Notes: generated by a model not told the origin, from the letters alone. 64,000 nt of DNA from a bacterium (GCA_030647555.1 JAUSJG010000013.1:12086-76085); one strand, 5' to 3'. Positions 19,401-28,519 are shown, counted from the stretch's first letter. Translations and numbers: made by a program.

Positions 19401-20354
19401 CAAGCCATCGGTGAACCGGGCACTCAGCTGACAATGAGAACTTTTCACCATGGTGGTGTGTCGGGTGGCACGGATATCACGCAAGGTTTACCGCGTGTCG
19501 AAGAATTGTTTGAGGCACGCGCGCCGAAAAACAAAGCTTTGGTTTCGGAAATCGGTGGAACGGTCACTTTGTCCGAACGCGAAGGCCAACCGTTGATTTC
19601 GGTTCTTTCGCAATCTGCCGGACAAGAAATCTATGACCGCGCGGGACTCATTATCGACAAAAATATTGAAGACGGCATGGAAATTGAACCGAACCAACGC
19701 TTATTTATGGATATGGAAGGTGAAGAAGTATTCTCACGTCGTAAGGGTTTGATTCATCTCACGGATAAACAGTTGAAGGTGCAGGGAACAGAAGCGGACG
19801 CCCGTGAATATCCGGTCCCGCCGGATATGGCCGTTTGGGTAAAGACTGGCGACGTCGTGTCTCTTGGTCAACAACTTACCGAAGGTCACGTCAATGTCCA
19901 GGAGCTCTACAAAATTGCCGGCGCCGGCGCCGTGCAACATTACATCATCAAAGAAGTTATGGACGTGTACGCTATTCAAGGTGAAGCCATCAACGACAAG
20001 CACTTGGAAATTATGGTGCGTCAGATGATGTCGCGTGTTCGCGTCAAAGACGGTGGTGAAACAACTCTACTCCCTGGTCGTGTTTATGAACTTGCCGATT
20101 TTATTGAAGAAAACAATCGCGTTACCAAAGAAGATAGCCGTCCGGCAATTGGTGAAAGATTGTTGCTTGGTATCACTAAAGTTTCGTTGACCACCGCGTC
20201 ATTCCTCGCCTCCGCCTCCTTCCAAGAAACCGCCCGTGTCTTAATCGACGCCGCCGTGACCGGTCGTGAAGATCGTTTAGTGGGTCTAAAAGAAAACGTC
20301 ATCATCGGCAAATTAATCCCGGTCGGAACAGGGTATAAGGGCAAAAAAGATTAG
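16479..20354 (+). CDS. rpoC: DNA-directed RNA polymerase subunit beta'
   Basis: Zn-finger [35 protein letters not shown] catalytic motif. Confidence 0.97.
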   Translation: MAQFQEQEALDFEAVKLKLASPEVMHEWSHGEVTKPETINYRTQKPERDGLFDERIFGPVKDWECYCGKYRRIRYKGIICDKCGVEVTRSIVRRERMGHIDLASPVAHIWFLRGIPSKVGLLLDINVQQLEKVVYFASYIITSVDEDARKEIGNRIEREIKTKREEVTRVYKQSEDVIRQTAATKLKDISDEKIRKETETKLDKELKAKELEREEELQKLEKAGQRAREELSVLKPLQIVSEVEYRSLSMKYGHVFSAGIGAEVLRQICEHIDLGKLAKQLEGDLADAGAAKRKRAVKRLSLVRSFSRGKIRPEWMFLTAIPVIPPDLRPMVQLDGGRFAASDLNDLYRRVINRNNRLRRLIEMGAPEVIMRNEKRMLQEAVDALIDNNARRGSTTAAAVGQRRQLKSLADMLKGKQGRFRQNLLGKRVDYSGRSVIVVGPHLRLHQCGLPKLMALELFKPFVIHELVKRGLAHNIRSASRLIEQGIPEVWDSLEDVTRTHKVMLNRAPTLHRLGIQAFQPVLIEGKAIQIHPMVCPPFNADFDGDQMAVHVPLSTPARKEANDIMLASKNLLKPSDGEPVTGASQDVVLGLYYGSRISDGAKGEGHVFGSPAEAIFSYDSNYIAINAKIKVRLNAKSNELTETTAGRILFNEILPKGAEFVNEVFDKKRLKALLGEILATFGTEQAAEFIDRMKDLGFSFATRSGSSWGMNDLHTPEGKHAIIESSEKEIEQIREQFETGLLTDEERYVKTIEIWESAKNKITELVQKSLQPSQSVYQMVFSGARGSVGQVTQMMGMKGLVISPTGRTNELPIKSSFKEGFNVLEYFTSTHGTRKGMADTALRTATAGYLTRRLVNVAQDIVIREKDCGDTVGRIISKKHSQDMGTTLLRRIRGRFVAKDVVDEKTGEVLVKKGTLINREQAKQIDAASVPEVIIRSVLSCKTLRGICQKCYGWDLGSNAMINMGEAAGIVAAQAIGEPGTQLTMRTFHHGGVSGGTDITQGLPRVEELFEARAPKNKALVSEIGGTVTLSEREGQPLISVLSQSAGQEIYDRAGLIIDKNIEDGMEIEPNQRLFMDMEGEEVFSRRKGLIHLTDKQLKVQGTEADAREYPVPPDMAVWVKTGDVVSLGQQLTEGHVNVQELYKIAGAGAVQHYIIKEVMDVYAIQGEAINDKHLEIMVRQMMSRVRVKDGGETTLLPGRVYELADFIEENNRVTKEDSRPAIGERLLLGITKVSLTTASFLASASFQETARVLIDAAVTGREDRLVGLKENVIIGKLIPVGTGYKGKKD

Positions 20355-20375
20355 TTAAAACTGACTTAGAAACCA

Positions 20376-20400
20376 ATTCCCGCAGGTGCGGGAATTTTGG
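20376..20400 (+). terminator. Hairpin aattcccgcaggtgcgggaatttt after rpoC
   Basis: 9-bp GC stem + T4. Confidence 0.4.
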
Positions 20401-20409
20401 TATTAAGTC

Positions 20410-20540
20410 CAAAAATCCCAATGACCAAACCCCAATGTCCAACAAAAACCCAATTATCAAAATTCCAAAGTTGCGATTTTTTTTGGTTATTAAAATTTTT
20501 GAATTTTGTTGGGCATTGGTCATTGGGGTTTGGGATTTTG
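20410..20540. repeat. Long hairpin element (tcccaatgaccaaaccccaatgtccaacaaaa ... ttttgttgggcattggtcattggggtttggga); family copies 24997-25125, 32453-32605, 53893-54027, 57531-57660
   Basis: Inverted arms ~32 bp; same arm sequence after rpoC, ftsK, ychF, uvrC, uvrA. Confidence 0.65.
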
Positions 20541-20622
20541 AAACCTAAATATGAATAACCAAACAAAAATATCCAATAATGGCTAAAGTAAGCCTCAAAA
20601 GACTAACTTTCATATTATATTA

Positions 20623-20666
20623 TTGACAAAAACTTGTTTTGGGAGTATAATCGCCTGTTCTGTGTC
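20623..20666 (+). promoter_or_regulatory. Consensus sigma70-type promoter TTGACA-17-TATAAT + leader motif cgcctgttctgtgtc
   Basis: Perfect hexamers with 17-nt spacer read directly. Confidence 0.55.
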
Positions 20667-20737
20667 GGTGTGTTGTTTTCACTAAATCGCGACAAAATCC
20701 GCAAGGATAGTCGCCCAAAAGAAAGGATAGTGGTCAA

Positions 20738-21304
20738 ATGACTACAAAATCCGAATTCAGTGTTCTCGGTTTGGCTCACAAGTTTTTCACAGCGGCCGAA
20801 GAGAGAGGGTTCAATAAGGCCAAGATCAATGCGCTCGCGGAAAACCCCACGATGTTGCAGAATTGCTATGACCTTTTCATTGGACAAGCGAGGATCGTTT
20901 ACATCGTGGATCTCGACGCCTATCCATTCATGCCAGATGGCTGGGAACTTCTCGAGCATCACAAGGGTGGCCAGTTCGAATTTGAGCCGGCGAAGATTGC
21001 GCTGTTTCTCTCCGAGGATCAGAAGGGAGACAGGCAGATCAGAGGGTACGATTTGGGTAATGAGCTTAGAGTTCACGCGGGCTTTAACGCCAACCTGCTT
21101 GATTTCTTGATTGCTCACCCCCTCTTGATTCCGAAAGACTGGAACGGTAAGACTGTCTTCTTCTGGGGTACACACTACCGCAACGCCGATGGCGTGTGCG
21201 TTCGTTATCTCGACTGGGGTGGCGAGTCCTGGATCTGGAACTACTACTATCTTGCGGACGACTTGACTTGCGAGGAACCCGCCGCCGTCCCCGCCCAACC
21301 TTGA
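20738..21304 (+). CDS. Hypothetical protein, FWGT-motif family (paralog of 6645-7274); atypical codon usage
   Basis: Shared motif with 6645 protein; AGA/AGG, CTC, GAG-rich codons unlike rpoBC. Confidence 0.55.
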   Translation: MTTKSEFSVLGLAHKFFTAAEERGFNKAKINALAENPTMLQNCYDLFIGQARIVYIVDLDAYPFMPDGWELLEHHKGGQFEFEPAKIALFLSEDQKGDRQIRGYDLGNELRVHAGFNANLLDFLIAHPLLIPKDWNGKTVFFWGTHYRNADGVCVRYLDWGGESWIWNYYYLADDLTCEEPAAVPAQP

Positions 21305-21325
21305 TTCTGTTGTCGTCGCGTTAGT

Positions 21326-21361
21326 ACGCCTCGTGCTTTGTTGCACGAGGCGTTTTTTTTA
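21326..21361 (+). terminator. Intrinsic terminator acgcctcgtgctttgttgcacgaggcgt + T9
   Basis: Hairpin and T-run. Confidence 0.6.
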
Positions 21362-21398
21362 TCTGGGACCGTCCCTGCAGTCAGGGTCGGTCACAGAT
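21361..21398. repeat. Palindromic element family 2 variant (atctgggaccgtccctgcagtcagggtcggtcacagat)
   Basis: Shares gaccgtccc/gggtcggtc arms. Confidence 0.55.
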
Positions 21399-21443
21399 AA
21401 AACATTAATTTGTGAACAGTAAATTTTGTGAAATTATTCATTG

Positions 21444-21472
21444 CCAAACGGCCTCTTTTTTGCTATAATTAC
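21444..21472 (+). promoter_or_regulatory. Promoter TTGCCA-17-TATAAT, 3 nt before ATG 21476 (leaderless-type)
   Basis: Hexamers read directly. Confidence 0.4.
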
Positions 21473-21475
21473 AAT

Positions 21476-21700
21476 ATGGAATTCAGACAATCGCTCTTTT
21501 GGGACACCGATCCCAAGAAAATTGATCCGCAAAAACACGCGCAATACATCATTGAGCGCGTGGCGGATTTTGGTAACGATAAAGAAGCGCGTTGGGTCTT
21601 GGATTTTTATGACAAACCGCTGCTTCAAAACATTATTTCTAAATCGCGCTGTTTAAGGCCGCGCACAAAAAAATTATGGACGCTTTTGGTCAACAGATAG
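21476..21700 (+). CDS. Small protein (MEFRQSLFWDTDPKKIDPQKH...), putative partner/antitoxin of the downstream AbiEii-family gene; overlaps it by 25 nt
   Basis: ORF directly after promoter; overlap suggests coupling. Confidence 0.4.
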   Translation: MEFRQSLFWDTDPKKIDPQKHAQYIIERVADFGNDKEARWVLDFYDKPLLQNIISKSRCLRPRTKKLWTLLVNR

Positions 21701-22347
21701 TTTGGCAATACCAAACACTGCCTGCTAACACAAAAAAAGCGTTAGATTTTTTGTCCGCGGAAAATTGGTTGGAAAAAACCGATTGGTATTTGGCAGGAGG
21801 CACAGCCTTGGCATTGCAGGCGGGGAATCGAAAATCTTTCGATTTAGATTTTTTTACTGTTCAAAAAGATTTTGATGGTAAAAAACTGCTTGCCAATTTT
21901 TTGGGTAATGATAATTGGAAGACAGATATTGAAGATACAAATACGATCTATGGGCAATTATTTGGGGCTAAAGTAAGTTTTATTGCTTACCCGTTTTTTA
22001 TCCCAAAGCAAAGGTTTATTCAACATGGTTCTGTGTGCGTGCTTGATAAGACTGACGTTGCGGTGATGAAAATAACGGCCATTTCTCAACGGGGCAGGAA
22101 GAGAGATTTTTTTGATTTATATTGGTGCGCGACAAACATCGAATCATTGGAAAACATCGTTAAACGGCTTAAAGAACAATATCCGTTTATTGCGCATAAT
22201 TATCACCACATTCTTAAAAGTCTAGTGTATTTTGACGATGCGGAAGGCGATCCCGAACCGGAGGTTTATTTTGATGCCACATGGGAAAAAGTTAAAGAAT
22301 ATTTTACAAAAGAAGTTCCGTCGATTGTCGACAAGATAGTGAATTAA
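21676..22347 (+). CDS. Nucleotidyltransferase AbiEii/AbiGii toxin-family protein
   Basis: WYLAGGTALALQAGNRKSFDLDFF motif typical of AbiEii NTases. Confidence 0.65.
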   Translation: MDAFGQQIVWQYQTLPANTKKALDFLSAENWLEKTDWYLAGGTALALQAGNRKSFDLDFFTVQKDFDGKKLLANFLGNDNWKTDIEDTNTIYGQLFGAKVSFIAYPFFIPKQRFIQHGSVCVLDKTDVAVMKITAISQRGRKRDFFDLYWCATNIESLENIVKRLKEQYPFIAHNYHHILKSLVYFDDAEGDPEPEVYFDATWEKVKEYFTKEVPSIVDKIVN

Positions 22348-22402
22348 AAGACGGTAAAAACGACACGCATCGGGTAGGCGTACACATTTTGTGTTCAAGA
22401 AA

Positions 22403-22587
22403 GTAACCGCTCACAGGTCGAGGAAAAGACGCGTCAGTTACCTTCAAGGTGGAGCACGCTTGCTCTTCCTTGAAGGTGGTATAGGTTAGCGTTGACGACG
22501 AACCAATACCACTTCCGATGAAGTGCCTCGGCACCACATCGGAAGTGGGAGCGATGATCTTTTTTTCCTTAACCTGTGAGCGGTTAC
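22403..22587. mobile_element. Structured TIR-bounded element, copy 1 (185 bp): 25-bp terminal inverted repeats gtaaccgctcacaggtcgaggaaaa / ttttccttaacctgtgagcggttac, two internal hairpins; flanked by caagaa direct repeat
   Basis: Direct comparison with 34615-34877 and 58081-58280. Confidence 0.7.
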
Positions 22588-22636
22588 CAAGAATAATCTG
22601 AACAAACAAGCCAAAATATGCTATAATCAGTCCACT

Positions 22637-24874
22637 ATGCGACGGAGGAAATACAAAAAACCACTATTGAGTCGTTTTACCAAACACTGGGGTGGGTTTG
22701 AATTGAGTTCAGAAACAAAGAAGAATATTTTCGCGTTGATTTTGTTTTTGATTGGCGTGGTGGGTACGTTGAGTCTGTTTAATTTGGCGGGCAGTGTTGG
22801 GCACGTAATTAAGCCACAACTTTTCTCGTTGTTCGGTTGGGGGGCTTTTCTTTTCCCGCCTTTCTTGGCCGTGTTCTCTCTGATGCGTCTTGATCCAACT
22901 CGATTTCATTTTTCCGTCGGGCGCTATATCGGCATTATTCTTTTGGCGCTTTCCGCGCACGGGCTTTTGCATATGTTCGCGCCAATTGAAAAAGGGCTGG
23001 AGCTTATCGATCGCGGGCAAGGTGGCGGTTACTTGGGCTGGATGGCGTCCTATTGGTTGCGTCTTTGGATTGGTAATGTCGGTTCGTTTATTTTGTTGGC
23101 GGTATTTCTTGGTGTTGGTTTAATGATGACGACCAATAAAACTCCGGGCGATATTTTGGACTGGTTGCGGTCGCTTCGCAATGCGGATGAATCGGAAGAG
23201 GAAGAGGAAACGGAAGAAGAATCGGCAAGCGATACAGAAAATGACGCAGAAAAAGAAGATGGTGACGTGGTGTTTGAAAAGCGTTTGCTGCCCGTTTTAT
23301 CTACCAGACTTTTGGATAGCGTGAAACTTACCGGCAAACGAACGGTCGATTTGCGCGATGAAGCACCCAAAAATAAAACCTCGTTACCACCTTATGAACC
23401 CCCGCCATTATCACTTCTTTCCAATGTGACAACCAAACCGGCTAGTGGTGATGTAAAAAAATCGCAAATAATAATCCAAAAAACGTTGGAAAATTTTGGT
23501 ATTCCGGTGGCAATGGCAGAAGTAAACGTAGGACCAACGGTAACGCAATATACATTGAAGCCGGACGAAGGAGTAAAACTCGCGAAATTAACCGCTTTGC
23601 ATAACGATTTGGCGATGGCGCTTTCGGCTCATCCTGTTCGCATTGAAGCACCAATTCCGGGGAAAAATTTAGTCGGTATTGAAGTGCCAAACAAGGCGGT
23701 GGCCGTTGTTCGTTTAAGAGAAATGTTGGAAAGCAAGGATTTTCAACGCACAGATTACGCTTTGCCATTTTCGGTCGGTAAAGATGTTACCGGCCAATGT
23801 ATCATTGCGGATTTGGCGAAGATGCCTCATTTGCTTGTGGCCGGCGCAACGGGCTCCGGGAAATCTGTAATGATTAATGATTTAATTACCAGTTTAATTT
23901 ATAAAAATGGCCCGGCTGTTTTGAAGTTTATTATGATTGATCCGAAACGTGTTGAGCTGGCTTTGTATAACGGGATTCCGCATCTTTTAACCCCTGTCAT
24001 TACCGAGTCGGACAAAGCAATTCAGGGTTTACGGTGGGCGGTAGGAGAAATGGAAACACGTTATCGAAAATTGGCGGAAGTAAAGAAGCGTGATATCGGG
24101 TCATACAACCGCGGTCGATCGGGAGGGGAAATAATGCCCTTTGTTGTCATTATTATCGATGAGTTGGCGGAAATAATGGTTAAATACGGCCGTGAGGTGG
24201 AAAGTGCGATTGTACGGTTGGCGCAAATGGCGCGCGCCGTTGGTATTCACCTAGTTGTTTCCACACAGCGCCCCAGTGTTGATGTTATCACCGGTTTAAT
24301 TAAGGCCAACATCACGTCGCGCATCGCTTTCAATGTTGCTTCGGCCATTGATTCACGCACTATTTTGGATGGCTCTGGTGCGGAAAAATTACTCGGCAAC
24401 GGTGATATGTTATTCCAAAGAGGAGATATTTCTAAACCGCGTCGTCTACAGGCCCCCTATATTTCGGAAGATGAAGTGAAACGCGTCGCCGAATTTTTGG
24501 CCGGCAACGGTACGCCGGAATATGATCTCTCGATTACCACCCAGCCATCGTCGCCAAACGGGATGAGTGGAGGGTTTGATGGTGACGATGTTGATGATGC
24601 ACTTATCAATGATGCAATTAAAATTGTGCGTGAAAGCAAAAAAGCTTCTACATCACTCCTGCAACGACGTCTGCGGATTGGCTATTCAAGAGCCGCGCGG
24701 ATTATTGATGTTCTGGAACAAAAGGGAATTGTTGGTCCGGCGGATGGGGCGAAACCGCGAGAAGTTTTAGGCGGTGGTGATGAAATTTTAAGCGAAGACA
24801 GTTTCGAATCGGAACCGGAAATGAAATTTGAAGATCAGACATATCAAGACGAAGGTGATAGAGAGATAGTGTAG
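22637..24874 (+). CDS. ftsK: DNA translocase FtsK/SpoIIIE
   Basis: N-terminal TM helices, motor domain GATGSGKS, C-terminal gamma wHTH. Confidence 0.9.
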   Translation: MRRRKYKKPLLSRFTKHWGGFELSSETKKNIFALILFLIGVVGTLSLFNLAGSVGHVIKPQLFSLFGWGAFLFPPFLAVFSLMRLDPTRFHFSVGRYIGIILLALSAHGLLHMFAPIEKGLELIDRGQGGGYLGWMASYWLRLWIGNVGSFILLAVFLGVGLMMTTNKTPGDILDWLRSLRNADESEEEEETEEESASDTENDAEKEDGDVVFEKRLLPVLSTRLLDSVKLTGKRTVDLRDEAPKNKTSLPPYEPPPLSLLSNVTTKPASGDVKKSQIIIQKTLENFGIPVAMAEVNVGPTVTQYTLKPDEGVKLAKLTALHNDLAMALSAHPVRIEAPIPGKNLVGIEVPNKAVAVVRLREMLESKDFQRTDYALPFSVGKDVTGQCIIADLAKMPHLLVAGATGSGKSVMINDLITSLIYKNGPAVLKFIMIDPKRVELALYNGIPHLLTPVITESDKAIQGLRWAVGEMETRYRKLAEVKKRDIGSYNRGRSGGEIMPFVVIIIDELAEIMVKYGREVESAIVRLAQMARAVGIHLVVSTQRPSVDVITGLIKANITSRIAFNVASAIDSRTILDGSGAEKLLGNGDMLFQRGDISKPRRLQAPYISEDEVKRVAEFLAGNGTPEYDLSITTQPSSPNGMSGGFDGDDVDDALINDAIKIVRESKKASTSLLQRRLRIGYSRAARIIDVLEQKGIVGPADGAKPREVLGGGDEILSEDSFESEPEMKFEDQTYQDEGDREIV

Positions 24875-24913
24875 TGGGTTTTGGACGTGTCATTCCCTCC
24901 CTTTCAGCGTCCC

Positions 24914-24962
24914 ACATAACCTTGTGTGACGTGGGATTCAAGGGAGGCCGCCCATCGGGGCG
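24914..24962. repeat. GGGAGG-type palindrome (ccctccctttcag...hairpin...caagggagg); related to the two in-frame elements in uvrC
   Basis: Arms cctccctt/aagggagg. Confidence 0.45.
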
Positions 24963-24996
24963 AGCCTCGCTCTGAAGAGCGGGGCGGGGGTGGGTT

Positions 24997-25125
24997 TGGT
25001 TATTAAACCCCAAATCCCAATGACCAATGTCCAACAAAACCATAATTACTAAAATCCCAAAACGCGTATTTGGTCATTAGTATTTTGGAATTTTGTTGGA
25101 CATTGGGGTTTGGGATTTGGGGTTT
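24997..25125. repeat. cccaatgaccaa-family long hairpin after ftsK
   Basis: Arm sequence shared with 20410-20540. Confidence 0.6.
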
Positions 25126-25188
25126 AAAAGGCACTTGTGTCGGTGAAGGCTAGGAGAAAATCAATTAGTAATGCTAAAGTAAATCCAT

Positions 25189-26205
25189 ATGATGTCCGAT
25201 AAAAAACCCCGTGCCTACAGTAATCCGGGAGACTTGGTGAACCCCGTTCCCGAGGATAGTCTGGAATATGTTCCGGTTGGTCAAAGATTGAAACGGAAGC
25301 GTGAGTGGCAACACCAGTCGCTTTTAGATGTCTCTCGGGCGCTAAAAATTCAGGAAAAAAGCATCAAGGCGATTGAGGAGCTGGATGTCGAAAAACTACC
25401 CGCTCAGGTTTATGCGCGTGGTTTTGTGAAATTATACGCGGAATTTATGGGTTTGGATGCCGACCAAACGGTCAATGATTTTACCACCGAACTGACCAAC
25501 GTGCGGGTACATAAAGAGCAAAAAATTACCCCACACCAATTAAGATCATTTCATGGTCCGAAACTGATTATTTCACCGCGTTTGATCGCTGTAACCGTAG
25601 GTGTGCTGGTAGCGATAATTGCCTTAACATATCTTTTCTTTGAGGTGCGTGGATTTACGCGCGCCCCGGCATTAACGCTTTCCTCTCCGGCTGATAATTC
25701 AAAAATAAAAGAAAATAATGTTACGGTAAAAGGGAAGACCGATCCGACGGCGGAAGTAAAAATAAACGGGGAAAAAGTTTTTGTGCAAAGCGACGGCAGT
25801 TTTTCCGAAACAATTGGAATTGGCCCCGGCTTAAACAAAATTAGTGTCAGTGCCAAAAGTATTGGAGGCAAAGAAAGTACGGTTACGAGGGAGGTTTTAG
25901 TGGAACAAAACCAACCGACACCAGGTCCATCGGCATCACCAGAAGGTAGTGTCAGTCCCACGGTAAGCGCGGGAACAGTTCAGTTGCAAATAAAAACAGA
26001 TGAAGCAGTTTGGGTCTCCGTTGCGGTGGATGGCAAGAGCGCATTCAACGGGTCACTTGATAAAGGAACAGAAAAAACCTTTGCAGGCAAAGAAATCAGT
26101 ATAACGGCGGGCAAAGGAAATAAAGTGCAGGTAAAACAAGGTAGTGAAGATTGGAAAGTGTTGTCCGAAACTCCAGGTGTCGCAAAAAATATCACATTCA
26201 AATAG
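25189..26205 (+). CDS. rodZ: RodZ-like cytoskeleton protein (HTH + TM + DUF4115-like C-terminus)
   Basis: N-terminal HTH VGQRLKRKREWQHQSLLDVSRALKIQEKSIKAIEE, single TM, Ig-like repeats. Confidence 0.6.
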   Translation: MMSDKKPRAYSNPGDLVNPVPEDSLEYVPVGQRLKRKREWQHQSLLDVSRALKIQEKSIKAIEELDVEKLPAQVYARGFVKLYAEFMGLDADQTVNDFTTELTNVRVHKEQKITPHQLRSFHGPKLIISPRLIAVTVGVLVAIIALTYLFFEVRGFTRAPALTLSSPADNSKIKENNVTVKGKTDPTAEVKINGEKVFVQSDGSFSETIGIGPGLNKISVSAKSIGGKESTVTREVLVEQNQPTPGPSASPEGSVSPTVSAGTVQLQIKTDEAVWVSVAVDGKSAFNGSLDKGTEKTFAGKEISITAGKGNKVQVKQGSEDWKVLSETPGVAKNITFK

Positions 26206-26349
26206 AACTATCGAAAATCGGTGTGAAAATTTTGCGTTTGACAAGTGTCTGGATTTATGCAACGATGTTCAGTCCCTGAATAAGGGGTGTTAGGGCTCTG
26301 ACACTTCGTCATCCCGTTTCAAAACCTGAAGAGAAGGGTAGGTGTTTTC

Positions 26350-28218
26350 ATGGCCAGCTTTACGCTTCTGGCACTCGTTGTTTCTGTGCTCGGTGTTTTG
26401 CCGCTTTTGGCGGCCAAACGCCTGCAAGCAGCTGGTGTAATGGCGTCGGTCGCGTTTGTTGCGATTCTGCCGATGCTCGCACTTGCTGTTCCATCGCTGG
26501 TTTGGCCTTGGTGGGGCATGCCAGGAATTCTGGTTGTCTTGCTTTGGGTGATTTGTCCGGTTATTGACATCCTTATCAGTAACAGTGACCAACCGGATGA
26601 ACCAATAAAGATTCGGACAGCACCGCTATACATGACGGCCGTGCTCGTTTCTGTGATGGTGCTCAGTGGTTTTCGCGGTTGCACCGCGTTTACGGCTGGC
26701 GAGTACGCCAACCTGATCGGTGACGTGGATGAAAAGGTTTGGAATCAAGATATCCAGCCGAAAGATCCTCGTCACATCAGGATGGCGTCATTGGAAAATG
26801 CAATTGCCCTGGCCGAACAACAGCTTGGCAAAGGCGGAGCCATCGGGAGCCAGTTTCAGTTGTTGAAAAGTGGAGCTACGGCGCAATTCGTCAACGGGAA
26901 GTTTGTGACGGTTGTGCCGTTGGACTATGCCAGTTTTTCGGCATGGAGTTCCTCAAAAGGCGTTCCCGGGTACGTTGTCGTTGACAACGAAGATCCGCGC
27001 GCCGAAGCTAGTCTGGTTATGTTGCCGGACGAAAAGAAGTTCGTCTACACCCCCAGTGCTTATTGGGGTTACAACCTCGAGCGGCACTTGTGGTGGAACG
27101 GCTTCGCGACGAAAGGATTGGACGATTTCACGTTGGAGATCGACGACTCTGGCAAACCCTGGTGGACGGTGACGGTTTTTGAACCGACCATTTACTGTTG
27201 GGGCGAAAAGATGACTGGTGTGGTTGCCGTTGATCCGGTCAGCGGTGTGACCGAATTCTATCCGGTCGGAAAGATTCCCGATTGGGTGGACAGTGCGATG
27301 CCACGCAAGTTTGCGAAGTCGTACGTTGATTTCCGCGGGAAGTATTCGCTCGGTTGGATCAACGCCGACATTTGGGGTCACAAGGACTTAACCAAGGCCG
27401 ATGGTTACCCGTTGTTAGTGTTTGGTTCAGATGGGGTGCCCTACTTTGTGGTCAGCGTCACGTCGGTAAATGACAAAGACGCGTCGCAAGTGGGTTTGTA
27501 TTACTTTAATACTCGCACTGGAAAGGCGACGTACTACAAGGCCAGCGGAAGTACCGAGTCGGCAGTCGTGAATGCCGTTAATAAGAACGAACAGGTGCAG
27601 TTTAAGCACCTGCACGGCAGTGTTCCGCAGATCTACAACATCTACGGGACGATGTGCTCGGTGGTGCCATTACTGAACGAGAGTCATCTCTTCCAAGGGG
27701 TGGCAATCGTGGATGTCGCGAACATCCAGGTGATGGGAATTGGCAAGGATCAATTTGAAGCCTTGCGGGCATTTCAGAAAGCGTTGCCCGTTTCCGGTCG
27801 GCAAGTGGCGCCGGAACTTTCTCGGAAAGTGGAAACGCTGGAAGGGAAAGTGTCGCGCGTTGCGGTGATTAACCAAAATGGCGACGCGACGTTCTACATG
27901 GTTCTGGAAAGCGTCCCGCATCTGTTCACTTGCGGTATCTCACTCTGTCCCGAAAAGTTGCCCGTTACGGAAGTAGGCGACACGGTACGGATTGAGTATT
28001 ACGGTTCTGGCGAACGGATTGAACCACTGCATGCCTTCGACAACACGTCGTTGAAAATCGAAGGAACAGACAGTGAAAAGGAGGTTCGCGAAGCTGGCGC
28101 GGATGTGCTGGACAAGGCCGCGGTTGTGCAAGAGAAGGCCACAACGCGGACCAAAGTCGGTGAACTCTCTGACGAGGAGGTTCAAACGATCTTGTCCAAA
28201 CGAAACGCGGGTAAGTAA
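26350..28218 (+). CDS. Large hypothetical membrane-anchored protein (3 N-terminal TM helices + ~500 aa extracytoplasmic domain); higher GC than neighbours
   Basis: Hydrophobic N-terminus; no recognised domain. Confidence 0.5.
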   Translation: MASFTLLALVVSVLGVLPLLAAKRLQAAGVMASVAFVAILPMLALAVPSLVWPWWGMPGILVVLLWVICPVIDILISNSDQPDEPIKIRTAPLYMTAVLVSVMVLSGFRGCTAFTAGEYANLIGDVDEKVWNQDIQPKDPRHIRMASLENAIALAEQQLGKGGAIGSQFQLLKSGATAQFVNGKFVTVVPLDYASFSAWSSSKGVPGYVVVDNEDPRAEASLVMLPDEKKFVYTPSAYWGYNLERHLWWNGFATKGLDDFTLEIDDSGKPWWTVTVFEPTIYCWGEKMTGVVAVDPVSGVTEFYPVGKIPDWVDSAMPRKFAKSYVDFRGKYSLGWINADIWGHKDLTKADGYPLLVFGSDGVPYFVVSVTSVNDKDASQVGLYYFNTRTGKATYYKASGSTESAVVNAVNKNEQVQFKHLHGSVPQIYNIYGTMCSVVPLLNESHLFQGVAIVDVANIQVMGIGKDQFEALRAFQKALPVSGRQVAPELSRKVETLEGKVSRVAVINQNGDATFYMVLESVPHLFTCGISLCPEKLPVTEVGDTVRIEYYGSGERIEPLHAFDNTSLKIEGTDSEKEVREAGADVLDKAAVVQEKATTRTKVGELSDEEVQTILSKRNAGK

Positions 28219-28259
28219 GTCTGCGTCGCGGTAAGTTCAGTTCTTTCGAGAGTAGTCAG

Positions 28260-28295
28260 TCCCCGGGTCCAGCAATGGATCCCGGGGATTTTTTT
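28260..28295 (+). terminator. Intrinsic terminator tccccgggtccagcaatggatcccgggga + T7
   Basis: Hairpin and T-run. Confidence 0.6.
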
Positions 28296-28351
28296 GTTGC
28301 CCATCGCAATGGACAACAATCCCCCATAGCTCATCAGAGCGACGGGGGATG
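28296..28351. repeat. Variable palindrome gttgcccatcgcaatggacaac + canonical 34-bp CAT element aatcccccatagctcatcagagcgacgggggatg
   Basis: CAT element identical to 38023-38056. Confidence 0.65.
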
Positions 28352-28519
28352 TGTCAATTAACAAAGCTTTAGCGAAGTGGGGGGTGTTTTCTGAAATTTA
28401 GTACATTTTTTTCATGCGATTGTCGTTTCAGTTTTTCTATAACAAGATAGAAAAACTGAAACGAGTAGGTGTAAAGAAGTTTTAAAATATATTAGGGATT
28501 CTCCTGATTGGAAGTTGTA

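Noticed and set aside
20302-20566. ORFs 20302-20523 (-) and 20366-20566 (-) after rpoC
   Set aside because: They lie entirely within the cccaatgaccaa-family long hairpin. The repeat is open in several frames, but nothing indicates a gene.
22390-22600. Structured 185-bp element as a known ncRNA (RNase P, SRP, 6S, tmRNA) or rRNA fragment
   Set aside because: None of the universally conserved motifs of those RNAs is present. Three dispersed copies with TIRs fit a MITE or novel ncRNA instead.
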